Part shown: positions 28,679-38,220 of the stretch, piece by piece
How positions within the stretch are numbered: the stretch's first letter is position 1
How the letters are laid out: each line of letters begins with the position of its first letter
Source: Candidatus Omnitrophota bacterium
GTDB lineage: Bacteria > Omnitrophota > Gorgyraeia > Duberdicusellales > 4484-171
Length of the DNA stretch: 64,000 nucleotides
NCBI GenBank assembly: GCA_021735045.1
Contig: JAIPHU010000002.1
Location: 10,120 to 74,119, forward strand
Reading direction: 5' to 3'
The notes under the pieces: generated by a model
Databases searched by the model: none
Seen by the model: only the letters and a program-made list of their open reading frames with translations
Told to the model about the DNA's origin: nothing
Translations under genes and position numbers: made by a program

Positions 28679-29068
28679 ATGGATATGGCCAAGAAGAAAA
28701 AAAATATTATGATTGTTGATGATGATGACGATTTACGCAATGAGTTATCAGAAATCATGCGTGAGGAAAATTATGAAGTAGAAGCTTTTTCAGACGGTAG
28801 GGAAGCTTTGGCTAAAATTACAGAGCTTCATCCCCATGTTTTACTTCTCGATATTAGAATGCCGAAAATAAATGGAATTCAAATGTTGGATAGGTTAAGA
28901 AGCAGGAACGCGATTGACGGGACAAAGGTCATCTTAATTACCGGATTTTATGATCAACAGAAATGCAAAAGAATATTGCAGATATACGATGCAGATTCAT
29001 ATTTATTAAAACCTTTTGACCCGGAGGATCTGATAAAGAGAGTTGAAACAATCACTAAAGAGAATTAA
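28679..29068 (+). CDS. stand-alone receiver-domain response regulator
   Basis: VDDDDD, LLLDIRMP and KPFD. Confidence 0.85.
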   Translation: MDMAKKKKNIMIVDDDDDLRNELSEIMREENYEVEAFSDGREALAKITELHPHVLLLDIRMPKINGIQMLDRLRSRNAIDGTKVILITGFYDQQKCKRILQIYDADSYLLKPFDPEDLIKRVETITKEN

Positions 29069-29112
29069 TAATTAGAGTTTAAAATAAGTTAAAAATTTTA
29101 TTAGGAGGAGAA

Positions 29113-30015
29113 ATGGAAGAAGTTGTAATCGTGGGAGCAGGGATCTCCGGCCTTACTGCTGCAATTTATGCAAAGCGGAAAAAAATGGATTTTGTTCTGT
29201 TGGGGGAAAATTTTGGCGGTCAATTTCTCGAATCGGGGAAAATCAATAACTATCCCGCAATTACAGAGATTAACGGTACAGAATTGAGCAAAATGTTTGA
29301 AAAGCAACTTAAATTTAATCAAATTGAACCAAAAATCGGGGAAAAAATTACTAAAATTAGCAAGATTGATTCTGGTTTTAAGCTAGAAGGTAAAAAGGAT
29401 AACTATCAAGCCAAAACGGTAATTATTGCCACGGGTTCTCATCCGAAAAAACTGAGCATCAAGGGTGAAGAAGAATTTGCGAACAAAGGTTTAACTTATT
29501 GTTCAATTTGTGACGGCCCTTTATTCTCTGGTAAAACTATTGCTGTAATTGGCGGAGGTAATTCTGCCTTAGAAGGAGTTGATTTTACGCATAAGGTTGC
29601 GAAAAAAATTTATTTAATTAATATTGACCAAAAATTTAACGCTCATCAGGAATTAATTGATAAAGCTACTGCTTACGATAATGTTGAAGTGGTTAATGAA
29701 GCAGAAACTGAAGAAATCTCGGGAGAGAAAATGGTAACTGGCCTTAAATACAAAAAAGACGGAAAAATGCATGAGTTAGCTGTTGACGGAGTAATTGTTG
29801 AAATCGGCAGAACTCCGAATACGGATTTTTTAGAAGGTTTTCTTCAATTAAATAACAAAAAACATATCCAGATAGATTGTCAGTCTAGGACTTCCGTAGA
29901 AGGGGTGTTTGCTGCCGGAGATTGTGCCTCGGGTAATGAATACCAGTATGCGATTGCTGCCGGCCAAGGCTGCATAGCTTTACTGAAAGCTGCCCGCTAT
30001 CTAGCCGGCAGATAA
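29113..30015 (+). CDS. thioredoxin-disulfide reductase-like flavoprotein
   Basis: GAGISG FAD site, redox CSICDG, and GGGNSA NADPH site. 300 aa. Confidence 0.8.
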   Translation: MEEVVIVGAGISGLTAAIYAKRKKMDFVLLGENFGGQFLESGKINNYPAITEINGTELSKMFEKQLKFNQIEPKIGEKITKISKIDSGFKLEGKKDNYQAKTVIIATGSHPKKLSIKGEEEFANKGLTYCSICDGPLFSGKTIAVIGGGNSALEGVDFTHKVAKKIYLINIDQKFNAHQELIDKATAYDNVEVVNEAETEEISGEKMVTGLKYKKDGKMHELAVDGVIVEIGRTPNTDFLEGFLQLNNKKHIQIDCQSRTSVEGVFAAGDCASGNEYQYAIAAGQGCIALLKAARYLAGR

Positions 30016-30076
30016 CCATGGTACCACTGTGCACACCCGGTGTGCATATAAATAGGACAAGAATGAGGAGGTAGAA

Positions 30077-30643
30077 ATGAGCAGTGAAAGAAAGTATAAG
30101 GTGCAGCCAGCTGGCCCTTTAATGAAGGAGCACCGAGTAATTGAAAAAATGGTATCTTTACTTGAAAATGAAAGAAAAACTTTAGAAAAAAGTGATGTTG
30201 ATGTTTGCTTTCTAAAAATTGCAGTAGATTTTTTCCGGTTTTATGCAGATCATTGCCATCATGGTAAAGAGGAAGATATTTTATTTTCCAGATTGGAAAA
30301 CAAGGAAATAAGCAAAGAGCATCAAGAGATTATGGAAGAATTATTTGCTGACCATAAAAAGGGGCGTAAGTTGACCAAAGAGTTAGATCAATTGGCGGAT
30401 AAAGCAAAAGAAGCAGGTACTAAAGACAGGGTTGTAAATATTTTAGATGAGTTAGTTTCTTTGTACCGCCAACATATCCAAAAGGAAGATCAGCAATTTT
30501 TTTTACCGGTTATGGATTATTTTGATAATGTCGAAAAGGATGCAATGATCGATAAGTTTTTTGATTTTGATAAAGATTTAATTCACAAGAGATATAGTAA
30601 TATAGTTTCTGAATTAGAAGAAGAAAAAAATGGTGAGAAATAG
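30077..30643 (+). CDS. hemerythrin-like (HHE cation-binding) domain protein
   Basis: HCHHGKEEDILF and further H/E ligands. RBS ggaggt. Confidence 0.75.
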   Translation: MSSERKYKVQPAGPLMKEHRVIEKMVSLLENERKTLEKSDVDVCFLKIAVDFFRFYADHCHHGKEEDILFSRLENKEISKEHQEIMEELFADHKKGRKLTKELDQLADKAKEAGTKDRVVNILDELVSLYRQHIQKEDQQFFLPVMDYFDNVEKDAMIDKFFDFDKDLIHKRYSNIVSELEEEKNGEK

Positions 30644-30670
30644 TTATGGTTAACAAAAGAGGAGATTTAT

Positions 30671-31255
30671 ATGGATAAAGCATTATTGATAATTGATTTA
30701 CAAAATGATTTTTGTCCGGGAGGAAAATTACCAGTTCCCGAAGGAGACAAGATAGTTGAACCTTTAAACAACTATATTCAGATTTTTCAAGCAAAAGATT
30801 TACCGATTTTTGCTTCCCGTGATTGGCATCCGGAGAAGACCAAACACTTTAAACAGTTTGGGGGCAGGTGGCCTAAACATTGCATCCAAAACACAAAAGG
30901 AGCAGAATTCCATCCGGAGTTAAATTTACCTGAATCAGCAGTAGTTTTATCCGCCGGGATGGACCCGGAATCTGAAGGTTATTCCGTTTTTGAAGGAAGA
31001 AGCCAGAATCAGAAAAGATTCCAGGGGCTGTTGGAGGAGCAAAATATCCAAGAGCTTTATATTGGTGGATTGGCTACCGAATTTTGCGTCAAGCATACTG
31101 TGTTGGAAGCATTGGAAAGGGGGTTTAAGGTCTGGCTTTTAGTCGATGCGGTATTGGGGATTGATTCAGAAGAGGCAAAGAAGGCTAAAGAGGAAATGAC
31201 CGCCAAAGGCGCAAAAACGATAACCCTCAAACGTTTGTCCAAAGTTAAAAAGTAG
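30671..31255 (+). CDS. isochorismatase-family hydrolase (nicotinamidase/pyrazinamidase-like)
   Basis: ALLIIDLQNDF. Catalytic Cys in ELYIGGLATEFCV. Confidence 0.8.
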   Translation: MDKALLIIDLQNDFCPGGKLPVPEGDKIVEPLNNYIQIFQAKDLPIFASRDWHPEKTKHFKQFGGRWPKHCIQNTKGAEFHPELNLPESAVVLSAGMDPESEGYSVFEGRSQNQKRFQGLLEEQNIQELYIGGLATEFCVKHTVLEALERGFKVWLLVDAVLGIDSEEAKKAKEEMTAKGAKTITLKRLSKVKK

Positions 31256-31332
31256 ATAAAAGTCAAAAAATGTGCGAAAATACCAGTTGTATTTGTTAGC
31301 TATTGTAATATCATAAAACAAAAGGAGGTAAA

Positions 31333-31728
31333 ATGGCAGAGCTTGAAAAATTATATCAATCTGCGGATTGGAAACAAGAGAAGCATGTTCCGGTAATCGA
31401 TGCACCGGAGAGCGTAAAAAAAGGAGAATTTTTTTCAATTGAGGTAACTATCGGTAAAGAAGTCGCTCATCCAAACAAAACCGAGCATCATATTGCTTGG
31501 GTAGATGTTTATTTTCAACCGGAAGGGTCAAAATTCCCTTATCAGATTGGAAAGACTGAATTTAGTTCCCACGGGGCATCAACAGAAGGGCCGGATACTA
31601 GCTCTGTTTACACTCATCACAGGACATCGTTAAGTTTTAAAACAGATAAAGCCGGCACGCTTTTTGCATCGAGTTATTGCAATATTCACGGCCTCTGGGA
31701 AAACTCAAAAAAAATATCTGTTAAATGA
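31333..31728 (+). CDS. superoxide reductase (neelaredoxin/desulfoferrodoxin centre-II type)
   Basis: EKHVPV, HP..E..HHI.W and C-terminal CNIHGLW iron ligands. No N-terminal CxxC desulforedoxin domain. Confidence 0.85.
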   Translation: MAELEKLYQSADWKQEKHVPVIDAPESVKKGEFFSIEVTIGKEVAHPNKTEHHIAWVDVYFQPEGSKFPYQIGKTEFSSHGASTEGPDTSSVYTHHRTSLSFKTDKAGTLFASSYCNIHGLWENSKKISVK

Positions 31729-31753
31729 CAATTTAATTAAATAAGGAGGTTTT

Positions 31754-32044
31754 ATGAATGAAGATTTAAAAAAAGCTTATCAGGAAAAGACTGAAGCCAA
31801 GCTCAAAGAGTGGTCGGCTAAACTTACCGAATTAAAAGGAAAAACAGCCGGCCTAGGAGAAGAGGCAAAAGCTAATGCAAATAAAAACATTCAAGAACTA
31901 CAAGGAAAAATCGAACAAGGAAAAGAAAAGTTAGCTGAACTTCGCCAACAAGGTCAAGCCAATTGGCAGGAGACAAAAACTAAGATAGAAGGAATATCTG
32001 AAGGGATAAAAAATATGATTGATGAGCTTAAATCAAAAAATTAA
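31754..32044 (+). CDS. small coiled-coil protein of unknown function
   Basis: Strong RBS aaggaggt. Heptad-rich KEK sequence. Followed by a terminator. Confidence 0.5.
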   Translation: MNEDLKKAYQEKTEAKLKEWSAKLTELKGKTAGLGEEAKANANKNIQELQGKIEQGKEKLAELRQQGQANWQETKTKIEGISEGIKNMIDELKSKN

Positions 32045-32066
32045 TTTTTAGTTGGAAATAAAAATT

Positions 32067-32094
32067 GCCCGGGGCTTTGTCCCGGGTTTTTTTT
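32067..32094 (+). terminator. rho-independent terminator
   Basis: CCCGGG-gctttgt-CCCGGG followed by T8. Confidence 0.8.
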
Positions 32095-32154
32095 ATTTCA
32101 GAAAGACTGACAACAAAACTTGCAAATTGATAAGCTAAACTATAAAATAAAACT

Positions 32155-33297
32155 ATGTTAAGTAAGGAGCTTATTTTAAAACTTTATGAAGCTGCAAGTA
32201 TGCGGCGCTGGAACGACCAGATTCGGCCAGTTGAATTGACTGAGCTTGATAAACAGGCTCATAAGATGATTATTGCTTATGTTTTAGCAAAGATCGAAGA
32301 AGATAAGGGTAATAAAGATATTGATTGGCTTGAAATAATTGAAGCGGGTATCTTTGAGTATTTACAAAGAACAGAGCTAACAGATCTTAAGCCGCCCCTT
32401 TTCCATAGAATTAAAGAAAACCAACAAAAGTATATTCGTCTTAACCAGTGGGCTTATGACCGCTTAAAACCGGTTATTTCTGCAGCCGGAAAAAAATTTT
32501 GTTTACGTTTCAAAAATTATCTTTTCACTAAAGAGCGAAATCTAAACAGAAGGATTATAAGTGCTGCTCATTTTTACGCAACAAAGTGGGAGTTTAATAT
32601 TATCAAAAGGGCTAATCCCCAAGGCCATCTAATCAATGAAATTGAAAAAGATATAAAAGAAAAGCAAGAGAAATATCATGATTTGGCGAGTATGCAAACT
32701 TTGCTTCAATCACAAAATTTATGTGATTTTATTCACATTTGCGGGCAGCTTCGATTTCAAATTCGCTGGAGTCATATTCACCGGGTTCCTAAAACCTCGG
32801 TTTTAGGTCATATGTTGATTGTAGCGATGTTTAGCTATTTGTGTTCTGTTGATAAATGCATTGAACAAAAGAGGCTTATAAATAACTATCTTACCGGACT
32901 TTTTCATGATTTACCTGAAGTTTTGACTAGAGATGTTATTAATCCAGTAAAGCGTTCAGTCGAAGGTATAGGCGATATTATAAAAGATTATGAAAAAGAC
33001 CAGATGCAAAGAAGAATTTATAAAATTTTACCTTCAAACTGGCATCAGCAGATGAAGAGGTATACCGAGGAAGAGTTTTCTGATTTAAGAATCGATAAAG
33101 AAACAATAGTTAGAGACGGTGAGCTGGTGAAAGCTTGTGATAGATTAGCAGCTTTTATCGAAGTCTATTTATCCTTACAAAATGGAGTGTCGAATCGAGA
33201 TTTGGAAAAAGCAAAAGAAGATATCTTTACTCAGTATCAGGGAAAAATGATTTCTGGTATAAATTTTGAAAATATTTATAAGGATTTTAAAGATTAA
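32155..33297 (+). CDS. tandem HD-domain protein: degenerate N-terminal YfbR-like domain + intact C-terminal YfbR-like 5'-deoxynucleotidase domain
   Basis: C-terminal half has RW...R...SV.GH.LIVAMFSY ... LFHDLPEVLTRDVINPVK (the YfbR H / HD / D pattern). N-terminal half repeats RW..R..E.TEL..AHKMIIAYVLA, but the HD dyad is replaced by FE. Confidence 0.65.
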   Translation: MLSKELILKLYEAASMRRWNDQIRPVELTELDKQAHKMIIAYVLAKIEEDKGNKDIDWLEIIEAGIFEYLQRTELTDLKPPLFHRIKENQQKYIRLNQWAYDRLKPVISAAGKKFCLRFKNYLFTKERNLNRRIISAAHFYATKWEFNIIKRANPQGHLINEIEKDIKEKQEKYHDLASMQTLLQSQNLCDFIHICGQLRFQIRWSHIHRVPKTSVLGHMLIVAMFSYLCSVDKCIEQKRLINNYLTGLFHDLPEVLTRDVINPVKRSVEGIGDIIKDYEKDQMQRRIYKILPSNWHQQMKRYTEEEFSDLRIDKETIVRDGELVKACDRLAAFIEVYLSLQNGVSNRDLEKAKEDIFTQYQGKMISGINFENIYKDFKD

Positions 33298-33503
33298 TGA
33301 AATTTATTTATATTTTCTTTCGAATTTTATTTTTCTATTTTTTGTTTGTTATTGCTTTTAGGTTGGTGTTTTTTTTAATTAGGTATTTTTTTAAAAATAA
33401 AAGAAAAAGTACCCACTATCGGGCTAAGAGACAGAGTTCAAGAAAAGACGGTTCTTCTAAGAAAGAAAGTATTATTGATGCTGAATATGAAGAAATTGAA
33501 TAA
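33297..33503 (+). CDS. 68-aa single-TM protein with basic/acidic tail
   Basis: Start overlaps the HD gene stop (TAATG). Coding status uncertain. Confidence 0.3.
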   Translation: MKFIYIFFRILFFYFLFVIAFRLVFFLIRYFFKNKRKSTHYRAKRQSSRKDGSSKKESIIDAEYEEIE

Positions 33504-33504
33504 T

Positions 33505-33861
33505 TTATTTTCTGGCGAGATCTTTAGCTATAATTTTCTTTATAACATCTAAACTATTTTTTTTTATTTTATAGAATTCAATGCCTGTATCATAATAAAA
33601 AAGATCTTTGCTTTGTATGTTTTTGCGGCTAAAAACCCACAAAATTTTACCTTGGCAAAGGATAGGCTTTCTTTTGATTGTATAAATTTTAAGATTAACT
33701 ATTGAGCCAGAGCTGAATTTATGTTTTATTATTATGCGCAAGCCACCGGCGCTGATGTTTCTAGTTTTTGCTGATATGTTGTTAGGCGATCCAGATAGAT
33801 AAATTTTAAGGGGCAGGCTTATTCGGACAAATTGTCTTCGTTCATGGCTATCCCAACTCAT
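33505..33861 (-). CDS. stand-alone PilZ-domain protein (c-di-GMP receptor)
   Basis: RRQFVR (RxxxR) and NISAGG (D/NxSxGG). Minus-strand promoter TTGACT-18-TTATAAT at 33886..33916. Confidence 0.7.
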   Translation of the reverse strand: MSWDSHERRQFVRISLPLKIYLSGSPNNISAKTRNISAGGLRIIIKHKFSSGSIVNLKIYTIKRKPILCQGKILWVFSRKNIQSKDLFYYDTGIEFYKIKKNSLDVIKKIIAKDLARK

Positions 33862-33992
33862 TCTACTTAAAATATACCATTTAAAATTATAAGTTACAAT
33901 AGTGGAAAAAAGTCAAAATAAAGTAGATAGAGCCAGTTGTTTATTGGCCTAATTTGTAACAAAATAAAACTACAATTAAGAGTTTAATAAAT

Positions 33993-34121
33993 ATGGAGGT
34001 TTTTAATTTAGAAAACGGGAAAGCAAAAATTATTGTTGATCAAGTTCCCAAAGAAGTTGAAGTCAAGTGCAAAGAGGCTACAGCAAATTGCCCGGTTGAT
34101 GCAATTACAATAGAAAAATAA
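33993..34121 (+). CDS. 42-aa ferredoxin-like remnant (retains only C..ANCPVDAI)
   Basis: RBS ggaggt. C-terminus is nearly identical in pattern to the ferredoxin at 23915 (CPVDAI(T/S)IE), but the CxxCxxC triad is missing. Confidence 0.3.
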   Translation: MEVFNLENGKAKIIVDQVPKEVEVKCKEATANCPVDAITIEK

Positions 34122-34152
34122 CAATCTTTTAAAAATAAGGCTCAGGTTATAA

Positions 34153-35622
34153 TTGAGGAAGTTTATGCAGATTATAAATAAATTAGAAAAAATTTCTGAA
34201 GCGGTTTGGGAGATTCCTAAAACTTACCAAAAAGGAATGCTTGTTCCGGCCCGGTTTTATGGCACTGAAAAAATAATTGAAGCTATCGAAGGCGGGGTAT
34301 TACAGCAAATTGCTAATGTTGCTACTTTACCTGGGATTGTAAAAAATGCAATATGTATGCCGGATGGCCACCGGGGTTATGGTTTCCCGATTGGAGGGGT
34401 TGCTGCTATGGATTCTGAAGTAGGGGTGATTTCTCCGGGAGGAATAGGTTTTGATATTAATTGTGGAATGCGGCTCCTCAACACTAACTTAAGCTACGAT
34501 CAAGTTAAGCCGTATATAAACAAGTTGATTAACAAGTTATTTCAAAAAATTCCTGCTGGGGTTGGAAAAAAAGGATTTATTAAAATAAGCCAATCCGAGT
34601 TTAGGAAATTAGTTGAGCAAGGTTCTCGCTGGTGTATCGATAATGGATTTGGCTGGCCCCAAGATTTAGAAAGAACCGAAGAAGGAGGAAGGTTTCCCGG
34701 TGCAGATTCGAATTGCGTAAGCAGAAAAGCGATTGAAAGAGGCTATAGGCAGGTAGGTACACTGGGTTCAGGAAATCATTACCTAGAAGTTCAGGTTGTA
34801 AAACCAGAAAATATTGCTGATAAAGAACTGGCTAAACAGCTCGGTATTAAAGTTCCTAATCAGGTGGTGGTGATGTTTCATTGTGGTAGCCGTGGCTTTG
34901 GCCATCAAATTGGCACTGATTATCTGCAAAGTTTTTTAAAAGTTATGCAATCAAAGTATGGAATGAAAATTAGAGATAAAGAGTTAGCCAGCGCTCCTTT
35001 TAAGTCCAGGGAGGGGCAAAACTATTATCGGGCGATGCAGTGTGCAGTAAATATGGCTTTTGCTAATCGCCAAGTGATTTTACATAGAATAAGAGAGGTG
35101 TTTGCCGAAGTTTTTAATAAATCAGCAAAAGATTTAGGGATGAACCAAGTTTATGACGTAGCGCATAATACTGCTAAATTAGAAAAACATCAAATCGAAG
35201 GTAAGACAAAAGAGCTTTTGGTGCACCGAAAAGGTGCAACCCGAGCTTATCCGCCGGGTTCAGAAGATCTGCCTTCTTTCTATAAAGAAACCGGCCAGCC
35301 GGTTATAATTGGCGGGAGCATGGAAACCGGCTCATATCTTTTGGTGGGTTGTAGTTCGGGTAAAGATACTTTCTATACTACTGCTCATGGAAGTGGTAGA
35401 ATTATGAGTCGAACTAAAGCAAGAAAAAAATTTCGCGGAAAAAGTTTATTAGCGAAATTGAAAGAAAAAGGGATTTACGTTAATGCAGCTTCTTTATCAG
35501 GTTTGGCTGAAGAAGCAGGTGGTGCTTATAAAGATATTGATGAAGTGGCAAAATCAATTCAGTTAGCCGGAATCAGCAAGCCGGTAGCAAAACTTGTTCC
35601 GATAGGAAACATAAAAGGGTAA
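34153..35622 (+). CDS. rtcB: RNA 3'-phosphate / 2',3'-cyclic phosphate ligase
   Basis: 489 aa. GHRGYGFPIGG, DINCGMRL, HCGSRGFGHQ and HGSGR metal/GMP-His motifs. Confidence 0.95.
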   Translation: MRKFMQIINKLEKISEAVWEIPKTYQKGMLVPARFYGTEKIIEAIEGGVLQQIANVATLPGIVKNAICMPDGHRGYGFPIGGVAAMDSEVGVISPGGIGFDINCGMRLLNTNLSYDQVKPYINKLINKLFQKIPAGVGKKGFIKISQSEFRKLVEQGSRWCIDNGFGWPQDLERTEEGGRFPGADSNCVSRKAIERGYRQVGTLGSGNHYLEVQVVKPENIADKELAKQLGIKVPNQVVVMFHCGSRGFGHQIGTDYLQSFLKVMQSKYGMKIRDKELASAPFKSREGQNYYRAMQCAVNMAFANRQVILHRIREVFAEVFNKSAKDLGMNQVYDVAHNTAKLEKHQIEGKTKELLVHRKGATRAYPPGSEDLPSFYKETGQPVIIGGSMETGSYLLVGCSSGKDTFYTTAHGSGRIMSRTKARKKFRGKSLLAKLKEKGIYVNAASLSGLAEEAGGAYKDIDEVAKSIQLAGISKPVAKLVPIGNIKG

Positions 35623-35624
35623 TT

Positions 35625-36800
35625 ATGATAAAAAGGGCAAAAGATCCAGTTTGTGGAATGAGCGTGGATAGGAACAAGGCATACAAGTTGGATTATCAAG
35701 AAGGAACATATTATTTTTGTAGCAAGCGATGCCTTAATCGCTTTAGAGAAAAAAATAAAGTTAAACTGGGGGAAACTAAAAGTTGTCAGTCTTGCAAGAA
35801 AGCGCCATTTTATAAAAATAAGGTTTTTCGGGTAGCCAGTATTTTAATGTTGCTGGTAGTGCTTTCATATTTTTTTCCACTGTTAGTTCCTTTTCGGAAA
35901 TCGTTATGGGATTATTTTAAAATTATTTGGTGGGCGGTGTTATTGGGATTTTTGATCGGGGGGATTATAGATCATTATGTACCTAGAAAATATATATCTC
36001 AAGTTCTTGCTCGTTCTGGTAAGCGGACGATTTTTTACGCAGTTTTTGTAGGATTTTTAATGAGTGCATGCTCGCATGGAATACTTGCATTATCTATTCA
36101 GCTTTATAAAAAAGGAGCATCTGTTGCTTCGGTAGTAGCTTTTCTTTTAGCTTCTCCCTGGGCCAATTTGCCACTTACAATAATTATAATTGGATTTTTT
36201 GGTCTTAAAGCTTTATTTATAATAATTTCTGCGATAGTAATTGCAATAATTACCGGTTTAATTTTTCAATTTCTTGACAAAAAGAGTTTAATTGAGAAAA
36301 ATCCTAATTCGGTTGATTTTGATAAAAATTTTTCAATATTTAAAGATATTAAAAAAAGATTTAAAGAATATAAATTTTCACTTTCAAGTTTTGCCATAGA
36401 TGCAAAAGGTATCTTTGAGGGTGCTGTCTCATTAGCAAATATGGTTTTGTGGTGGATTTTAATTGGGGTGGGTCTTGCAAGTTTAGCCTCAGCTTATTTA
36501 CCTAAAGATTTATTTCAGCAATACATGGGGCCAACCATAGCCGGACTACTTATTACTTTATTGGTCGCTACTGTAGTTGAAGTGTGTTCGGAAGGTTCGG
36601 CTCCGATGGCATTTGAAATTTTTCGGCAAACTAAGGCTTTAGGTAATAGTTTTGTTTTTTTGATGGCAGGGGTAGCTACTGACTATACTGAAATCGGCCT
36701 TATTTGGACAAATATTGGTAAAAAAACAGCTATTTGGTTGCCAGTTATAACAGTTCCACAAGTTATATTATTAGGTTTTGTTGCGAATTCAATATTTTAG
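35625..36800 (+). CDS. YHS/TRASH metal-binding domain fused to a DUF318-type permease
   Basis: N-terminus DPVCGMSVD...YYFCSKRC matches the YHS domain. Then 8 to 10 TM helices including SACSHG. Confidence 0.7.
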   Translation: MIKRAKDPVCGMSVDRNKAYKLDYQEGTYYFCSKRCLNRFREKNKVKLGETKSCQSCKKAPFYKNKVFRVASILMLLVVLSYFFPLLVPFRKSLWDYFKIIWWAVLLGFLIGGIIDHYVPRKYISQVLARSGKRTIFYAVFVGFLMSACSHGILALSIQLYKKGASVASVVAFLLASPWANLPLTIIIIGFFGLKALFIIISAIVIAIITGLIFQFLDKKSLIEKNPNSVDFDKNFSIFKDIKKRFKEYKFSLSSFAIDAKGIFEGAVSLANMVLWWILIGVGLASLASAYLPKDLFQQYMGPTIAGLLITLLVATVVEVCSEGSAPMAFEIFRQTKALGNSFVFLMAGVATDYTEIGLIWTNIGKKTAIWLPVITVPQVILLGFVANSIF

Positions 36801-36833
36801 ATCTAAAGATAGTTTCTGGCAAAGGAGGAATTT

Positions 36834-38153
36834 ATGTTGTCAAAATTACTAAAATTTATTAAGCATGACATTTGGCGGATGCGCTTAAAAGATCTTGATC
36901 GATCTAAGTCACTTTTAATAAAACCACTTAGAATTTTACTTTTAGCTTTGCGTGGGTTTAATGAAGATAAATGTCAACTAAGAGCATCTGCCTTAACTTT
37001 TTATTCTCTTTTATCTATTGTGCCTGTGGTAGCCATGGCCTTTGGGGTTGCTAAAGGTTTTGGGTTCCAAGAAACGCTTCAAGATCAACTTTTAAATAAA
37101 ATCCCTGGCCAGGAAGAAGTGATGCTAAAAATAGTTAACTTTGCTCATTCTTTATTGGCTAATACACGTGGCGGGCTTGTAGCTGGAATTGGTGTTGCTA
37201 TTTTATTTTGGACGGTGATCAAGGTATTGGGTAATATCGAGAAATCTTTTAATGACATCTGGGGGGTTAAGCAACAACGTTCTATAGGCCGTAAATTTAG
37301 TGATTATTTATCGATAATGCTAATTTGCCCAATCCTTATAATTGCCTCAAGTAGCGCAACTGTTTTCTTAACTACTCAAATAAAAGTTATTATAACTAAG
37401 GTAGAATTTCTTGGTGCATTTTCACCGTTAATTTTGTCAACATTAAAAATATTACCTTATTGTATAATCTGGTTAGTTTTTAGTTTTATCTACATCTTTA
37501 TGCCAAACAGTAAAGTTAATCTTAAATCCGGGATAATAGCGGGTATAGTAGCCGGTACTATTTATCAATTAGTGCAGTGGGGGTACGTCAACTTTCAAGT
37601 CGGGGTATCTAAGTTTAATGCTATTTATGGTAGCTTTGCGGCTTTACCCTTATTTTTGGTTTGGTTGCAAATCAGTTGGTTAATTGTTCTTTTGGGCGCA
37701 GAAATATCTTTTGCTGATCAAAATGTTGATACTTATGAGTTTGAACCAGATTGCCTAAATATAAGCTATTCTTTTAAGAGGCTGCTTACCCTTGAGGTAA
37801 TGAATCTATTGGTGGTTAATTTTTCTAAATGCAGGCCAACTATGACCGCTGATCAGATTTCACATAGTTTAGACATACCAATCCGTTTAGTTCGTGAGAT
37901 AATTTTTGAACTAAGTAAAAGCGGGATGATTTCTGGGGTTCAAACTGCTGAATATAAAGAAATTGCTTATCAGCCTGCCTGTGATATCAATAAGCTCACT
38001 ATAAAACGGGTAATCAATTCTTTAGAAGATACAGGAGTTGATGATATTCCGGTGGCTAAGACTAGACAGCTAGAGGTTATCTCAAAGAAGCTTGAGGTTT
38101 TTGATAAGGCATTAGAAAATTCATCCAGCAATACACTTTTAAAAGATATATAA
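36834..38153 (+). CDS. YihY/BrkB-family membrane protein with C-terminal cytoplasmic extension
   Basis: Six TM core typical of the YihY (misnamed RNase BN) family. Confidence 0.75.
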   Translation: MLSKLLKFIKHDIWRMRLKDLDRSKSLLIKPLRILLLALRGFNEDKCQLRASALTFYSLLSIVPVVAMAFGVAKGFGFQETLQDQLLNKIPGQEEVMLKIVNFAHSLLANTRGGLVAGIGVAILFWTVIKVLGNIEKSFNDIWGVKQQRSIGRKFSDYLSIMLICPILIIASSSATVFLTTQIKVIITKVEFLGAFSPLILSTLKILPYCIIWLVFSFIYIFMPNSKVNLKSGIIAGIVAGTIYQLVQWGYVNFQVGVSKFNAIYGSFAALPLFLVWLQISWLIVLLGAEISFADQNVDTYEFEPDCLNISYSFKRLLTLEVMNLLVVNFSKCRPTMTADQISHSLDIPIRLVREIIFELSKSGMISGVQTAEYKEIAYQPACDINKLTIKRVINSLEDTGVDDIPVAKTRQLEVISKKLEVFDKALENSSSNTLLKDI

Positions 38154-38186
38154 TTAAATATGTTTTTAAAATTAATTAAACTATCC

Positions 38187-38214
38187 TTGCATCTTAGTTT
38201 ATCTTTAGTATCAT
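38187..38214 (+). promoter_or_regulatory. promoter TTGCAT-16-TATCAT ending 6 nt before the ATG, so the transcript is predicted leaderless or near-leaderless
   Basis: Read directly. Confidence 0.4.
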
Positions 38215-38220
38215 ATTATT

